NCBI GenBank assembly: GCA_040904885.1 | Contig: JBBDSN010000188.1 | Location: 17,812 to 81,811, forward strand | Direction: 5' to 3' | Source: Gemmatimonadota bacterium | GTDB taxonomy: Bacteria; Gemmatimonadota; Gemmatimonadetes; Longimicrobiales; Gaopeijiaceae | Length of the DNA stretch: 64,000 bases | In this document: positions 9,953-20,062 of the stretch, one piece after another | How positions within the stretch are numbered: the stretch's first letter is position 1 | How the letters are laid out: the number at the start of each line of letters is the position of its first letter | The notes under the pieces: generated by a model | Seen by the model: only the letters and a program-made list of their open reading frames with translations | The model's database searches: none | Told to the model about the DNA's origin: nothing | Translations under genes and position numbers: made by a program

Positions 9953-10004
9953 GCTCGTCCAGCGCCGGGACTCGAGGGTCCCCCGAACTCGATGCGGCGG
10001 GCCG

Positions 10005-10892
10005 CTACGTCGCGTGTCGACCCAGCCGGAACAACCCTGAGCGCCATGCTCCGTCGGCGTCCACTTCGACGAGCTCGAACCCGCGGTCCTCGGTCGCTTG
10101 GCGCATGGCCGGCCACTCGTGGTCGAGGATGCCGGACAGGATCAGCCATCCCCCCGGCTCGATCGCCGCGGCGAAGCCTGGCAGCAGCGGCGTCAGGACG
10201 CCCGACTCGATGTTGGCCACGATCCCGGAGACCGGACCCTCCGCCTCGAGCCAGGCGACGTCGGCGAAACGGGCCGTCCAACGTACTCGGTCCGGCACGC
10301 CGTTGCGCGCGATGTTCTCGGCGATCGCCTCGCAGGCGAGCGGATCCGCCTCGACCGCGTGCACGTCGGACGCCCCGAGCAACACCGCGGCGATGGACAG
10401 GATTCCCGAGCCGGCGCCGACGTCGAGGGTCCGGTCGCCGGGCTCGACCGCGCGGTCGAGAAGCCGCAGGCACCCCCGCGTCGTGCCGTGCTCGGCGGTC
10501 CCGAACGCCATCCCGGGGTCCAGCACGATGACGAGATCGCCGTCCCGCGGGTCCGGCACCTCTGTCCACGACGGTCGCACCACCAGTCGCTCGGTCAGCC
10601 GGCGAGGCGCCAGACCACGCCGCCACGTCTCGGCCCAGTCTTCGTGCGCGCGCCACGAGACCTCGACCTCCACATCGTCGAGCCCGCTCGTGTCCCGCAG
10701 ACGAGCCAAGGCGACGGCCTCGAATCCCTCCGGGTCGTCGGGCTCGGGGACATGGGTCACGAACCATCCGTCCCGCTCTTCGACCGCCCGCCCGCCGAGC
10801 GCGACGAGGCCCTCGGCCAGCAGGTCGCCGGTCTCGCCCCCCGCGGGACTCCGGGTGCGCAGCTCGAGCCAACGCCGCTCCGTCCCACTCAT
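10005..10892 (-). CDS. prmA: ribosomal protein L11 methyltransferase
   Basis: [19 protein letters not shown] and [13 protein letters not shown] motifs. The start overlaps the dnaJ stop as ATGA. Confidence 0.9.
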   Translation of the reverse strand: MSGTERRWLELRTRSPAGGETGDLLAEGLVALGGRAVEERDGWFVTHVPEPDDPEGFEAVALARLRDTSGLDDVEVEVSWRAHEDWAETWRRGLAPRRLTERLVVRPSWTEVPDPRDGDLVIVLDPGMAFGTAEHGTTRGCLRLLDRAVEPGDRTLDVGAGSGILSIAAVLLGASDVHAVEADPLACEAIAENIARNGVPDRVRWTARFADVAWLEAEGPVSGIVANIESGVLTPLLPGFAAAIEPGGWLILSGILDHEWPAMRQATEDRGFELVEVDADGAWRSGLFRLGRHAT

Positions 10893-12046
10893 CCCCCGGT
10901 GAACGCCTCTTTCACCCGCGACCAGAAGCCCTTGTGGGAGCCGCGCCGGACCTCGTCCGGCGCCGGCGACTCGATGTCGCGCAGGCGCTCGAGCAGCTCG
11001 CGCTGCTCCGTCGACAGCTCGTTCGGGGTCCACACGACGAGACGCAGGAGCTGGTCCCCGCGGGACGCGCCGTTCAGGTCGGGCAGGCCGAGCCCCTTGA
11101 GCCGCAGCACCTCGCCGCTCTGGATGCCGGCCGGGATCTTCACCCGCGCTTCCCCTTCGATGGTCGGCACCTCGACTTCGTCCCCCAGCGCGGCCTGCGC
11201 GAAGGTGATGGGGAGCTCGTGGACCAGGTTGGAGCCGTCGCGCTGGAACCGGGGATCGTCCTCGACCTCCAGCAGCACCACCAGGTCGCCACGGACGCCT
11301 CCCCGCGGGCCCACGCTGCCACGGCCACGAAGGGTGAGGAAGTTCTCGGACGTCACGCCCGGGGGCACCTCGACCTCGATCTCCTGCTCGCTCCGCACAC
11401 GACCCTCGCCGCGGCACTTCGAGCAGGGTGTCGCAATGACCCGGCCTTCACCATGGCAGGTGCGACACGGCTGCACGCTCACGAACTGGCCGAAGACCGA
11501 GCGCTGGACGTGCCGCTCCTCCCCCGCGCCACCACAGGTGGAGCACACCGACGGCGACGTTCCCGGTTCGGCTCCGGAACCGTCGCACGCGTCGCAGGCG
11601 TCGAGCAACGAGACACGCACCTTCCGGGTCACGCCGGTTGCCACCTCCGCGAGCGTCAACGGCATCCGGATCCGGACCGTCTGGCCTTTGCGGTTCGTCG
11701 TGCGTTGCTGGCGTCCGCCCCGCATTCCGAAGAGATCTTCGAACCCGCCACCGCCCCCGAAGTCCCGCATGAAGATCTCGATGGCGTCGGAGAAGTCGAA
11801 GCCGGCCGGACCGCCTCCGCCTCCACCCTTGAGGCCCTGCTCGCCGTACCGGTCGTACACGGCCCTCTTGTCAGGATCTCGCAGCACTTCGTAGGCCTGC
11901 GTGATCTCCTTGAAGCGCTCCTCGGATTCCTTGGAGCCCTTGTTCTTGTCGGGGTGATATTTCACCGCGAGCCTGCGATATGCCTTTTTGATCTCGTCGG
12001 CATCGGCCGAGCGGTCGACCCCGAGGAGTTGGTAGTAATCGGACAT
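10889..12046 (-). CDS. dnaJ: molecular chaperone DnaJ
   Basis: J-domain (DYYQLLGV...HPDKN), G-rich linker, four CxxCxGxG zinc-finger repeats. Start at the canonical MSDYY Met. A GTG at 12076 is a less likely alternative. Confidence 0.93.
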   Translation of the reverse strand: MSDYYQLLGVDRSADADEIKKAYRRLAVKYHPDKNKGSKESEERFKEITQAYEVLRDPDKRAVYDRYGEQGLKGGGGGGPAGFDFSDAIEIFMRDFGGGGGFEDLFGMRGGRQQRTTNRKGQTVRIRMPLTLAEVATGVTRKVRVSLLDACDACDGSGAEPGTSPSVCSTCGGAGEERHVQRSVFGQFVSVQPCRTCHGEGRVIATPCSKCRGEGRVRSEQEIEVEVPPGVTSENFLTLRGRGSVGPRGGVRGDLVVLLEVEDDPRFQRDGSNLVHELPITFAQAALGDEVEVPTIEGEARVKIPAGIQSGEVLRLKGLGLPDLNGASRGDQLLRLVVWTPNELSTEQRELLERLRDIESPAPDEVRRGSHKGFWSRVKEAFTGG

Positions 12047-12104
12047 CGATTTTCCGTGAGGATCCGGATCCGGCACGCGGGAGCGCTCCGGTCCGGTGGG
12101 GGAA

Positions 12105-13175
12105 TCAGGTTCCGAGCACCCGCGTCACGAGCGTCGAAGTATAATCCACGATCGTCACGACCTTCTCGTACGGCATGCGGGTGGGACCGATCACGCCGAT
12201 CACCCCCTTGAGGTCGCCGACACGATACTCGGCCGTGACGAGGGTGAAGTCGGTGAGGATGGACGAGTCGTTCTCACCGCCGATCGTGATTCTGAGCCGC
12301 CCACCGTGGTCGCGGCCGCCGACGGCCACCGCCAGAAGGTCCCGCTGCTCCGTGAGCTCGATGAGGCCCTTGAGGCGCTCACCCGTCTCGAACTCGGGCT
12401 GAGCCGCGAGCACGCTCGTATTGCCGAGGTGGAGCTGGGTCGCGTCGAGCGTCTGCATGTCGAACAGGTCCGCCCCCGACTGCACGAAGATGTTGATGAG
12501 TTCCTCCCCGGGGTCTCCCCGCGCGACACCCCTGAGCCGGTCGGGCAGCGTCCGGCGGATATCCTGGAGCGTGGAGCCGGCCAGACGCTCGTTGAGCGCG
12601 AGCGTGATCTGGACGAGGGTCTCCTGCGGCACCTCGATGGGAAGATCCACATAGATGGTGCGTACGACGCCCCCGCGGATCGTGGCGATCAGGAGCACCT
12701 TGCTCGACGACACCTGGATCAGCTCGAGCTTTTCGAGCACGGCGTCCTCCAGATGCGGCGCCACGGCCACGCCGAGCTCGTTGGAGATCAGACTCAACGC
12801 GCGCGTCGCCTGCATGACGAGACGCTCGATGGCGGACGTCCCGGCCAGTCCGACTTCCCGCTCGAGGCTCTCGCGCTCCAGCTCCGACAGCGCGTGGGGC
12901 TCCATGAGCCGGTCCACGAAGAAGCGGTACGCGAGATCGGTGGGGATGCGCCCGGCCGAGGTATGGGGGTGGAACAGATAGCCCTTCTCCTCGAGGTCGC
13001 TCATGGTGTTGCGCACCGTCGCGGCCGACACACCGAGGTCGTACGAACGCGACACGGTCCGGCTTCCCGCGGGCTCCGCGCTCGCGACGTATGTGCGCAC
13101 GACGGCCTCGAGAACCTGGCGTTCCCTGTCGGTCAGCTCGGTGCCGACCAGCTCGTTGTGCTCGGTGGTGCCCAT
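12105..13175 (-). CDS. hrcA: heat-inducible transcription repressor HrcA
   Basis: N-terminal winged helix ([14 protein letters not shown]......PAGSRTVS), [29 protein letters not shown] near the C-terminus. Confidence 0.9.
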   Translation of the reverse strand: MGTTEHNELVGTELTDRERQVLEAVVRTYVASAEPAGSRTVSRSYDLGVSAATVRNTMSDLEEKGYLFHPHTSAGRIPTDLAYRFFVDRLMEPHALSELERESLEREVGLAGTSAIERLVMQATRALSLISNELGVAVAPHLEDAVLEKLELIQVSSSKVLLIATIRGGVVRTIYVDLPIEVPQETLVQITLALNERLAGSTLQDIRRTLPDRLRGVARGDPGEELINIFVQSGADLFDMQTLDATQLHLGNTSVLAAQPEFETGERLKGLIELTEQRDLLAVAVGGRDHGGRLRITIGGENDSSILTDFTLVTAEYRVGDLKGVIGVIGPTRMPYEKVVTIVDYTSTLVTRVLGT

Positions 13176-13210
13176 AGATCTCCGAAGATCGGAAGGGAGC
13201 GGCGGGCGGG

Positions 13211-14350
13211 TCAACCCGCGAAATCGACGGACAGACGGTCGAGGAGTAGCCAACCGGCGGGCTGAAGACGGACTCTGCCGCCCCCGGTGACCGCCAGGCC
13301 ATTTTCTACCCACGACTCCACCAGAAGAGCCCGACGGCTCCCCGGCTCGGGCTCCGGAACGCCTGTTCGCGTACGCAGACCCAGCCAGACCCGCTCGAGC
13401 TCGGACGCATCTCCATCGACGATTTCCCGGCTCTCTTCACCCCCGATGCCGGAAAGCACCCGCGCCCGGTAGGCGTCCCAGTCACGGACGTTCCACCGGC
13501 GAACCGGCGGCGCGTAGCTGTGCGCTCCGTTCCCGAGGCCCAGGTAGGGCGTGCCATCCCAGTAGGCGGCATTGTGCCGCGCCTCGTGCCCCGGAAGCGC
13601 GAAGTTGGACACCTCGTAATGGACGAAGCCCGCGCTGGCCAGGCGCTCTGCCGCGGCCATGAACTCGTCCGCGTACCGGTCCTCGTCGACCGGCGCTTCC
13701 CGCCCCTCCGCCACCGCCCGGCCGAGCGCGGTTCCCGACTCCACCGTCAGGCCGTACAAGCTCACGTGCGGCACGCCCAGGTCGAGCGCCCGCTCCAGGT
13801 CGTCGGCCCAGGATCGTCCCAGATGCGCGGGCAGGCCGAAGATCAGGTCGACGCTCAGGTTGTCGATGCCCGCCGCACGGGCGGTACGGACCGCTCGGGG
13901 GCCACCTTCCGCCCCGTGGAGGCGCCCCATCCACCGTAGCGCCGGGTCGTGAAACGTCTGCACGCCGAGGCTCAGGCGATTCACGCCGGACCGGCGCCAC
14001 CCGTCGGCCACGCGGGCGTCGAAGCTCTCCGGGTTGGCCTCGGCCGTCCACTCGAACTCTCCGACAAGCCGCTCGCGACCCAAGATCCCGGCCAGCCCGT
14101 CCATCGCCTCGGGACCGAGCAACGAAGGGGTTCCCCCACCCACGTACAGCGACGTCAGCTCGGGCTCGAGCTCGAACAGCCCCTCCCGGCGCACGTGCTC
14201 GAGCTCGGCCCGGAGCGCTTCCCACCACGGCTCCGGGCCACCCTCGGCCCTCACCTTCACCGCGAAGTCGCAGTAGACGCATCGCCGGGCGCAGAACGGC
14301 GCATGCACGTAGACGGCTCCGACCGGCGTGCAGGCAAGCGGAGTGCTCAT
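13211..14350 (-). CDS. hemW: radical SAM heme chaperone / coproporphyrinogen-III-oxidase-like protein
   Basis: YVHAPFCARRCVYCDF radical-SAM cluster motif. HemN-like length of 379 aa. Confidence 0.88.
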   Translation of the reverse strand: MSTPLACTPVGAVYVHAPFCARRCVYCDFAVKVRAEGGPEPWWEALRAELEHVRREGLFELEPELTSLYVGGGTPSLLGPEAMDGLAGILGRERLVGEFEWTAEANPESFDARVADGWRRSGVNRLSLGVQTFHDPALRWMGRLHGAEGGPRAVRTARAAGIDNLSVDLIFGLPAHLGRSWADDLERALDLGVPHVSLYGLTVESGTALGRAVAEGREAPVDEDRYADEFMAAAERLASAGFVHYEVSNFALPGHEARHNAAYWDGTPYLGLGNGAHSYAPPVRRWNVRDWDAYRARVLSGIGGEESREIVDGDASELERVWLGLRTRTGVPEPEPGSRRALLVESWVENGLAVTGGGRVRLQPAGWLLLDRLSVDFAG

Positions 14351-15522
14351 GCCGCTCGAAACAGGAAGCCGGGCATCTGCTCGACTGCTCCGTCGAGCTC
14401 GAGCTGCACCAGAAGCGCGAGTGCGACCGGAACGTCGAGCCCGGCCCGTGCGGCCAGAGCGTCCACGTGGAGCGGACCCTGGCCGAGCGAGCGGAGGATG
14501 CGCCGCTCCGGTTCCGCGAGCGGTCGGCCGGCCGGCTTGGCCGCGCCTTCCGCGCCGACCGCATGGGACGCGCCGTACGCGTCATCCGCGTGTTCCGCAC
14601 CCGCCTCCGCCCTCCCGCCCCCCACCAACCCGGTGATGTCGGTCACGAAGCGGTCGATGGATACGAGGGGGAGCGCGCCCTCGGCGAGGAGCTGGTTGCT
14701 CCCCGCGCAGCTCCCGGTGTCGATCGGGCCGGGGACCGCCCAGACGTCCCGCCCGAGATCGAGGGCGTGCCCGACCGTGATGAGCGCGCCACTCCGCGCG
14801 CCGGCCTCGACCACGACCAAGGTCCCCGCGAGTGCGGCCATGATCCGGTTCCGCCGGGGGAAGTGATAGGGCAGCGGTGGCGTGCCGGGAAGGAACTCGC
14901 TGACGACGAGCCCGCGGTCCAGGAGCGCCCGGAAGAGTTTGGCGTGCGACGGTGGGTATGGAGCGTCGGCGCCCCGCCCCACGACCGCGACCGTTCCTCC
15001 GGCCGCGTCTCGCGCCTGGAGCGCGCCGAAGTGGGCTGCCGCGTCCACCCCGAGCGCCATCCCACTCACGACGTCCACTCCCGCCCGGGCGAGCGACTGA
15101 CCCAATCTGCGCGAGAGATCCTTCGCGCGAGTCGTGCACCTGCGCGAGCCCACCACGGCTACGCCCGCACGATCGAGGAGCGCGCTATTCCCCCTCAGGA
15201 ACAACACGGGTGGGGGATCGGCGAGCCGGAGCAGCGCCTCCGGGTAAGCGGGGTCCGACCAGGACAGGGTTTCCATCCCGAGACGCTCGACCGCGGCCAG
15301 GCCCGTGTCGACCCGCTGGCCATGCTCGGGGCTCGAGCGGGCCCGGGATGCCCCGGAGCCGGCCACCTGCGCGAAAATCCGCCCCGGCTGCACGAGCGCC
15401 CGCTCCGCCGAGCCGAACGCATCGATGAGGGCGCGGATCCCGTGTGGTCCCACACCCGGCAGTTGGTCGAGCACGAGCAGCGCGCGCACCTCGTCGAGCG
15501 ATGCGTTCGCCGGACGCTTCAC
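14347..15522 (-). CDS. dprA: DNA-processing protein DprA
   Basis: VVSGMALGVDAAAH and GALITVGHALDLGRDVWAVPG Rossmann-like DprA core, with a C-terminal winged-helix-like tail. Start placed at a GTG forming a GTGA overlap with the obg stop. The ORF-track extension to 16140 runs through obg and is rejected. Confidence 0.85.
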   Translation of the reverse strand: MKRPANASLDEVRALLVLDQLPGVGPHGIRALIDAFGSAERALVQPGRIFAQVAGSGASRARSSPEHGQRVDTGLAAVERLGMETLSWSDPAYPEALLRLADPPPVLFLRGNSALLDRAGVAVVGSRRCTTRAKDLSRRLGQSLARAGVDVVSGMALGVDAAAHFGALQARDAAGGTVAVVGRGADAPYPPSHAKLFRALLDRGLVVSEFLPGTPPLPYHFPRRNRIMAALAGTLVVVEAGARSGALITVGHALDLGRDVWAVPGPIDTGSCAGSNQLLAEGALPLVSIDRFVTDITGLVGGGRAEAGAEHADDAYGASHAVGAEGAAKPAGRPLAEPERRILRSLGQGPLHVDALAARAGLDVPVALALLVQLELDGAVEQMPGFLFRAA

Positions 15523-16556
15523 GGCGTCCACCACTCCTCGTCGTCGTCCTCCCGCTCGATTCGGGCTTCGGCTTCGATCTGGGTCCGACTCACCTCCCAG
15601 AGCTTCTCCATGAGCTCCGGGATCCCACGCCCGCTCACCGCGGACACCCCCAGCACCCCCAGCGCCCCCTCGGTGTCCAACTCCGGCAGCGGATCGTCGG
15701 GCGGAAGCAAGTCGACCTTGGTGATCGCCACGAAGAACGGCGTCTCCGCCAGCTCGGGAGAGTAGGCCGCAAGCTCGGTGCGGAGACGGTCGTATTCGGC
15801 CTGGATATCCTCCGCGTCGACCGGAACCATGAGAAGGAGCACCCGGGTCCGCTCGATGTGCCTCAGGAACTGGTAACCCAGCCCCTTCCCCTCGTGCGCC
15901 CCATCGATGATGCCGGGAATGTCGGCGATCACGAACGACCGGTATCCGGACAACTCGACGACGCCGAGGTTCGGCTCGAGCGTGGTGAACGGGTACGAGG
16001 CGACCTTGGGACGGGCCGCGGTGGAGGAAGCCAGCAGCGTGGACTTCCCGGCGTTGGGCTCCCCCACGAGCCCGACGTCCGCCATGAGCTTCAACTCGAG
16101 GCGCACGCGGCGCTCCTCGCCCTCCACACCGGGCTCCCACCGGGTCGGAGCCTGCCGGGTGGCCGTCTTGAAGTGGACGTTGCCCTTCCCCCCGCGCCCG
16201 CCGCGCGCCACCACCACCCGCTGCCCCTCCTCCAGCAACTCACCGAGGAGCTCGTCGGTGTCCGCGTCGTACGCGATCGTTCCAGGCGGCACCTTGAGCA
16301 CGAGGTCCACTCCCGAGCGCCCGGTCTTCTGGTTTCCCTCGCCGTGGAGCCCGCGCTCCGCGCGGTAGTGCCGACGGTAGCTGTAATCGAGCAGCGTCGC
16401 GAGCTGGCTGTCGGCCTCGAGGATGATGTCCCCTCCGTGGCCCCCGTCCCCGCCCGCGGGCCCCCCTCTCGGGACGCCTCTCTCGCGTCGGAAGGCCTCG
16501 GACCCGGATCCACCCGTGCCGGCGACGACTTCGATGACCGCTTGGTCGACGAACAT
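15519..16556 (-). CDS. obg: GTPase Obg/CgtA
   Basis: MFVDQAVIEVVAGTGGSGSEAFRRE Obg fold. G motifs GEPNAGKST, DIPG, TKVD. Length 345 aa. Confidence 0.95.
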   Translation of the reverse strand: MFVDQAVIEVVAGTGGSGSEAFRRERGVPRGGPAGGDGGHGGDIILEADSQLATLLDYSYRRHYRAERGLHGEGNQKTGRSGVDLVLKVPPGTIAYDADTDELLGELLEEGQRVVVARGGRGGKGNVHFKTATRQAPTRWEPGVEGEERRVRLELKLMADVGLVGEPNAGKSTLLASSTAARPKVASYPFTTLEPNLGVVELSGYRSFVIADIPGIIDGAHEGKGLGYQFLRHIERTRVLLLMVPVDAEDIQAEYDRLRTELAAYSPELAETPFFVAITKVDLLPPDDPLPELDTEGALGVLGVSAVSGRGIPELMEKLWEVSRTQIEAEARIEREDDDEEWWTP

Positions 16557-16558
16557 GT

Positions 16559-17596
16559 TCAGCGCTCCAATATCGTTGGGGTCGCCCGAGCGGCGGCCGC
16601 ATCGCGGCCCGCGCCCTCGAGCGTGAACGCCGGGCGGATCTCGCCCACGCGCTCTCCGCGAGTGTTGACGACGTCCGGCCGGCCGTAGCGCCGGAGCGCC
16701 GCCACCTCCCCGGGCCGGAGCGCCCCGAGCTCCGCGAGGACGTGCACGAGCGCGACCTCGACGGCGCGCCGTCCTCCGTCCACGACCTTGATCGCCAGCC
16801 CGAGTCCCTCTCCGGGAATCGCGCCTCCGTAGACGCCTTCGGCTCCCAGCTTCACGACGACCCGCCCTTCGCTCCGGGCCATCACGTCTGTGCAGGCCCG
16901 CCCGGCGCCCCCGACCATGAAGGGCCGCGCGGTCATCGCACCGATCACCCGACCTGCCGGCGCACCGTCGCGGGCCGCGGCTCCGAACCGGGCGAACGAA
17001 GCCGCCATGACCGCGAGCGGCACGCCGAAGCAGACCACTCCGCAGCCGTCGACCGCCGTGGCGACGCGCGCTCGCGCCTCGCCCGACCAGCGCACGACCT
17101 CGTCCAGCATGCGCCGCTGAACGGGGTGCTCCGGCAGATGGTAGTCGACCGGATCCCATCCCATGCCCACGCAGAGCGCCAGCATGCCGGCGTGCTTGCC
17201 CGAGCAGTTGTTGTGGATCCTTCCCGGGACGTCGCCGGACGCGTGCATCACCTGCGCGAACTTCGCGGAGAACGGCGCGTGCGGTCCGCACCGGAGCAGC
17301 GTCTCGTCGACGCCTGCCTTTCCGAGGATCGAGCGCGCCGTGGCGACGTGCTCCGGCGTGCCCTCGTGCGAAGCACAGCACAGCGCCAACTCGGCGTCGG
17401 TCAACCCGATCCGGTCCGCCACGCCTTCCTCCACGAGCGGCAGCGCCTGCATGGGCTTGGCCGCCGACCGGTAGAACGTCAAGCCATCCGTGACGCCGAC
17501 CGACGCGACGAGACGCCCGTCCTCGTCCGCCACCGCGACGTCGACCCGGTGGCGCGACTCGACCCACGCCCCGCGCACGACCTCGACGAAGCTCAT
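16559..17596 (-). CDS. asparaginase-II-family (PF06089-like) protein
   Basis: ESRHRV..AV, SAAKPMQALPLV, CASHEGTPEHV and NNCSGKHAGML motifs typical of this family. Confidence 0.8.
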   Translation of the reverse strand: MSFVEVVRGAWVESRHRVDVAVADEDGRLVASVGVTDGLTFYRSAAKPMQALPLVEEGVADRIGLTDAELALCCASHEGTPEHVATARSILGKAGVDETLLRCGPHAPFSAKFAQVMHASGDVPGRIHNNCSGKHAGMLALCVGMGWDPVDYHLPEHPVQRRMLDEVVRWSGEARARVATAVDGCGVVCFGVPLAVMAASFARFGAAARDGAPAGRVIGAMTARPFMVGGAGRACTDVMARSEGRVVVKLGAEGVYGGAIPGEGLGLAIKVVDGGRRAVEVALVHVLAELGALRPGEVAALRRYGRPDVVNTRGERVGEIRPAFTLEGAGRDAAAARATPTILER

Positions 17597-17641
17597 CGCC
17601 GGGGTCCGGTCATGGGAGGTGGATGGTGCGCGCGCATGGTC

Positions 17642-17695
17642 TGAAGAAAGCCTAAAGCGGGTCCCGGCGACATGTCCGGATGGGACAGCCGGGCC
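17642..17695 (-). terminator. putative terminator hairpin downstream of the Ctp protease gene
   Basis: Minus-strand RNA: GGCCCGGC-UGUCC-CAUCC-GGACA-UGUC-GCCGGGACC, followed by CGCUUUAGGCUUUCUUC. The stem is imperfect (one bulge). Confidence 0.35.
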
Positions 17696-17725
17696 TTGTG
17701 CGTGACGCCTCCGCGTAAGGTCCTG

Positions 17726-19360
17726 TCAGCCCCCCGCGGCCACGCGTCCCGTCCGTTGCAGCAGAGCCTCGAACAACGCGTCGCGTGTCGAAAGCCCTTC
17801 GAGCAGGTCGAGCGCGGCGCTCAACTGGGCGTCGTGATCCACGCCCTGCTCGAACTGGCCCGTCTCGCCCCACGCCTGAAGCGCGATCTCGCGCTCGAGG
17901 CGGTACCGAATGAACCGCTCGGCCTGCTCGAGATCCTCGCGCTGCACCGGATCTCCGTTCTCGGGGAGCGCGGCGTAGAAGGCATCGAGATCCCCCTGGC
18001 TCAGCGCAAAGCCGGGCCGGAGATCCGGATGGTCGCTCACGTAGGCCACGGCATACCCGAAGAGCGCTTCCTGGAATGCGCTTCCGCGCCGGAAGATGCG
18101 CTGCACCGCTCGCGTTTCCGAGGCGCTGAGCGTTTCCGGCGTCACGAGCAGGTCCGGCACGATGCCGCCCCCACCGTAGAGTGTGCGGCCGGAGAACGAG
18201 CTGTGCTCCGGACGGTCGGCCACATTCGCCGAGTCCACGACCTGGCCCGAGATCGCGAGCACGTGGGTCGATGCGTCCAAGTCCTCGCCGAAGGCCTCGT
18301 CGAGCGGTCGGTCGATCGAACGCCCCACAGGCGTATACCAGCGCGCGGTGGTGAGCTTCAGCACGTTCCCCCCGGTCAGCCTGAACAGGCTCTGCACGGA
18401 GCCCTTCCCGAACGTGGGCTGGCCCAGCACGACCGCGCGGTCGTGATCCTGGAGCGCCCCTGCGACGATCTCGGAAGCCGACGCGCTGGTGCCGTCCACG
18501 AGCACCACGATCGGGAGATCCGGATACTGATCGTCCTCGCCGGCGGTGAACATCTCGCTCTGGTCCAATGCCCGGCCCCGGGTCTCGACGATCGCGTCGC
18601 CGCGCTCGAGGAACAGGTCCGTCACGGCGATCCCCTCGTCGAGAAGCCCGCCGGGGTTGCCGCGGAGATCGAAGACCAGTCCGCCCATACCCGCGGTGCG
18701 GAGCGAGTCGATCGCCGCCCTCACCTCGCTGGACGACGTCTCGCGCACCGTCTGGAGCGGAACGTATCCGACATTTCCACGCAGCATCGTCGCGAACGGA
18801 ACCGCCTTGAGGACGATGACTTCGCGCTCGAGCGTGAACGGAATCGGCGCTTCCACACCGGGCCGCAGGATCAGCACGTCGATCTCGGTGCCCGGACGGC
18901 CGCGGAGAAGCTCCACCGCGCCGTCTGTCTTCATCGTGTCGGCACGGATACCGCCGATCTCGTAGAAGCGGTCGCCCGCCCGCAGCCCCGAGCGCTCGCC
19001 GGGCGAGCCCGGAATCGGGCTCACCACGGTCACGTAGCCGTTCCGGTCGACGACCTCGAGCCCGACTCCGCCGTACTCGCCCTCGGTGCGGATCCGCAGG
19101 TCTTCGTAATCGCGGGCCGGCAGGAACGAAGAGTGCGGATCATCGAGGTCACGCAGCACACCCTCGATCGCCGACTGGTAGAGGGTCTCCTCGTCGACTT
19201 CCTCGACGAAGCTGGACTCGACGCGGTCGACGACTTCCTGCAACACACGCACCCGCGTGTACAGGTTCTCGGAGCGGTCGACCCCTTCCTGAAGCAGCCA
19301 GCCGCCCGCGGCCACCGACATGGCCACGACGAGCGTCGGCACCAAGAGTCCTCGTTTCAC
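17726..19360 (-). CDS. S41 carboxyl-terminal processing peptidase
   Basis: N-terminal membrane anchor, PDZ region, and S41 motifs GNPGGLL, SASASEI, TFGKGSVQ. Confidence 0.9.
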   Translation of the reverse strand: MKRGLLVPTLVVAMSVAAGGWLLQEGVDRSENLYTRVRVLQEVVDRVESSFVEEVDEETLYQSAIEGVLRDLDDPHSSFLPARDYEDLRIRTEGEYGGVGLEVVDRNGYVTVVSPIPGSPGERSGLRAGDRFYEIGGIRADTMKTDGAVELLRGRPGTEIDVLILRPGVEAPIPFTLEREVIVLKAVPFATMLRGNVGYVPLQTVRETSSSEVRAAIDSLRTAGMGGLVFDLRGNPGGLLDEGIAVTDLFLERGDAIVETRGRALDQSEMFTAGEDDQYPDLPIVVLVDGTSASASEIVAGALQDHDRAVVLGQPTFGKGSVQSLFRLTGGNVLKLTTARWYTPVGRSIDRPLDEAFGEDLDASTHVLAISGQVVDSANVADRPEHSSFSGRTLYGGGGIVPDLLVTPETLSASETRAVQRIFRRGSAFQEALFGYAVAYVSDHPDLRPGFALSQGDLDAFYAALPENGDPVQREDLEQAERFIRYRLEREIALQAWGETGQFEQGVDHDAQLSAALDLLEGLSTRDALFEALLQRTGRVAAGG

Positions 19361-19395
19361 ATTCCCTCCCTCGGGATCACACGGCGTCTCAAAAG

Positions 19396-20055
19396 TTAAA
19401 CCACCCCACCCGGGAAGGTTTCCGGGAACCGAGCGCGCAACAGGTCACGAACGCGTCGGTGGACCTCTTCGGCGGTGCCCGACGCGGACAGCACCACCAC
19501 GCCCGGCTCGCTCGCCGCGAGCGTGAGATACCCCTCCCGAACCCGCTCGAGGAAGTCGTTCCCGGCGCGCTCGATCCGGTCCGGGTCGTTCCCGGCCTTC
19601 CGCTGTCGTGCCGCGCCGGCCTCCGTGGGAAGGTCGAGCACCATGTAGAGGTCCGGCCTCAGCCCGCTCGTGGCGAAATCGATGCCCGAGCGGACCTGGT
19701 CGAGATCCAGCCCCCTCCCATATCCCTGGTACGCGAGCGTCGACAGGGCGAAGCGGTCGGCGAGCACGACCTTCCCCGCCTCGAGCGCGGGCCGCACCAC
19801 GTCCCGCACGAACGCGGCGCGGGCGGCGAGGATGAGGAGGAGCTCGGTCTCTGGCGGCACGTCCAGATCCGCGCGCCCGAGCACCACCTCCCGGATCGCT
19901 TCTCCCACCGGCGTGCCGCCGGGCTCACGGGCCGCGACGTGCGGAATGTCCGCCTGTTGCATCCACCCGGATAGCAGCGCGACCTGAGTCGTCTTCCCGA
20001 CCCCCTCACCGCCCTCGAGGACGATGAACAGCCCCCGTTTCGCCATCGCGGTCAA
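19396..20055 (-). CDS. tmk: dTMP kinase
   Basis: FIVLEGGEGVGKTTQ P-loop, REPGGT, DRF..S..AYQG motifs. The start could be the Met 9 nt downstream. Confidence 0.92.
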   Translation of the reverse strand: MTAMAKRGLFIVLEGGEGVGKTTQVALLSGWMQQADIPHVAAREPGGTPVGEAIREVVLGRADLDVPPETELLLILAARAAFVRDVVRPALEAGKVVLADRFALSTLAYQGYGRGLDLDQVRSGIDFATSGLRPDLYMVLDLPTEAGAARQRKAGNDPDRIERAGNDFLERVREGYLTLAASEPGVVVLSASGTAEEVHRRVRDLLRARFPETFPGGVV

Positions 20056-20062
20056 CGCACCA

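Noticed and set aside
12047-13210. Search for a CIRCE operator (TTAGCACTC-N9-GAGTGCTAA) near hrcA and dnaJ.
   Set aside because: Neither half-site is visible in the hemW-hrcA spacer or the hrcA-dnaJ spacer. Absence by eye is not proof; I report it as an observation, not as a feature.
14347-16140. Long N-terminal extensions in the ORF track. Examples: dprA to 16140, obg to 17567, prmA to 11417, the lolA-like gene to 31349, rimO to 29137, radC to 57534, tolB to 52507 and bamD to 60998.
   Set aside because: The extensions run through the upstream genes in another frame and are Arg/Gly-rich. They end exactly where conserved N-termini, signal peptides or Shine-Dalgarno-plus-start signals begin. 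I used the internal starts instead.
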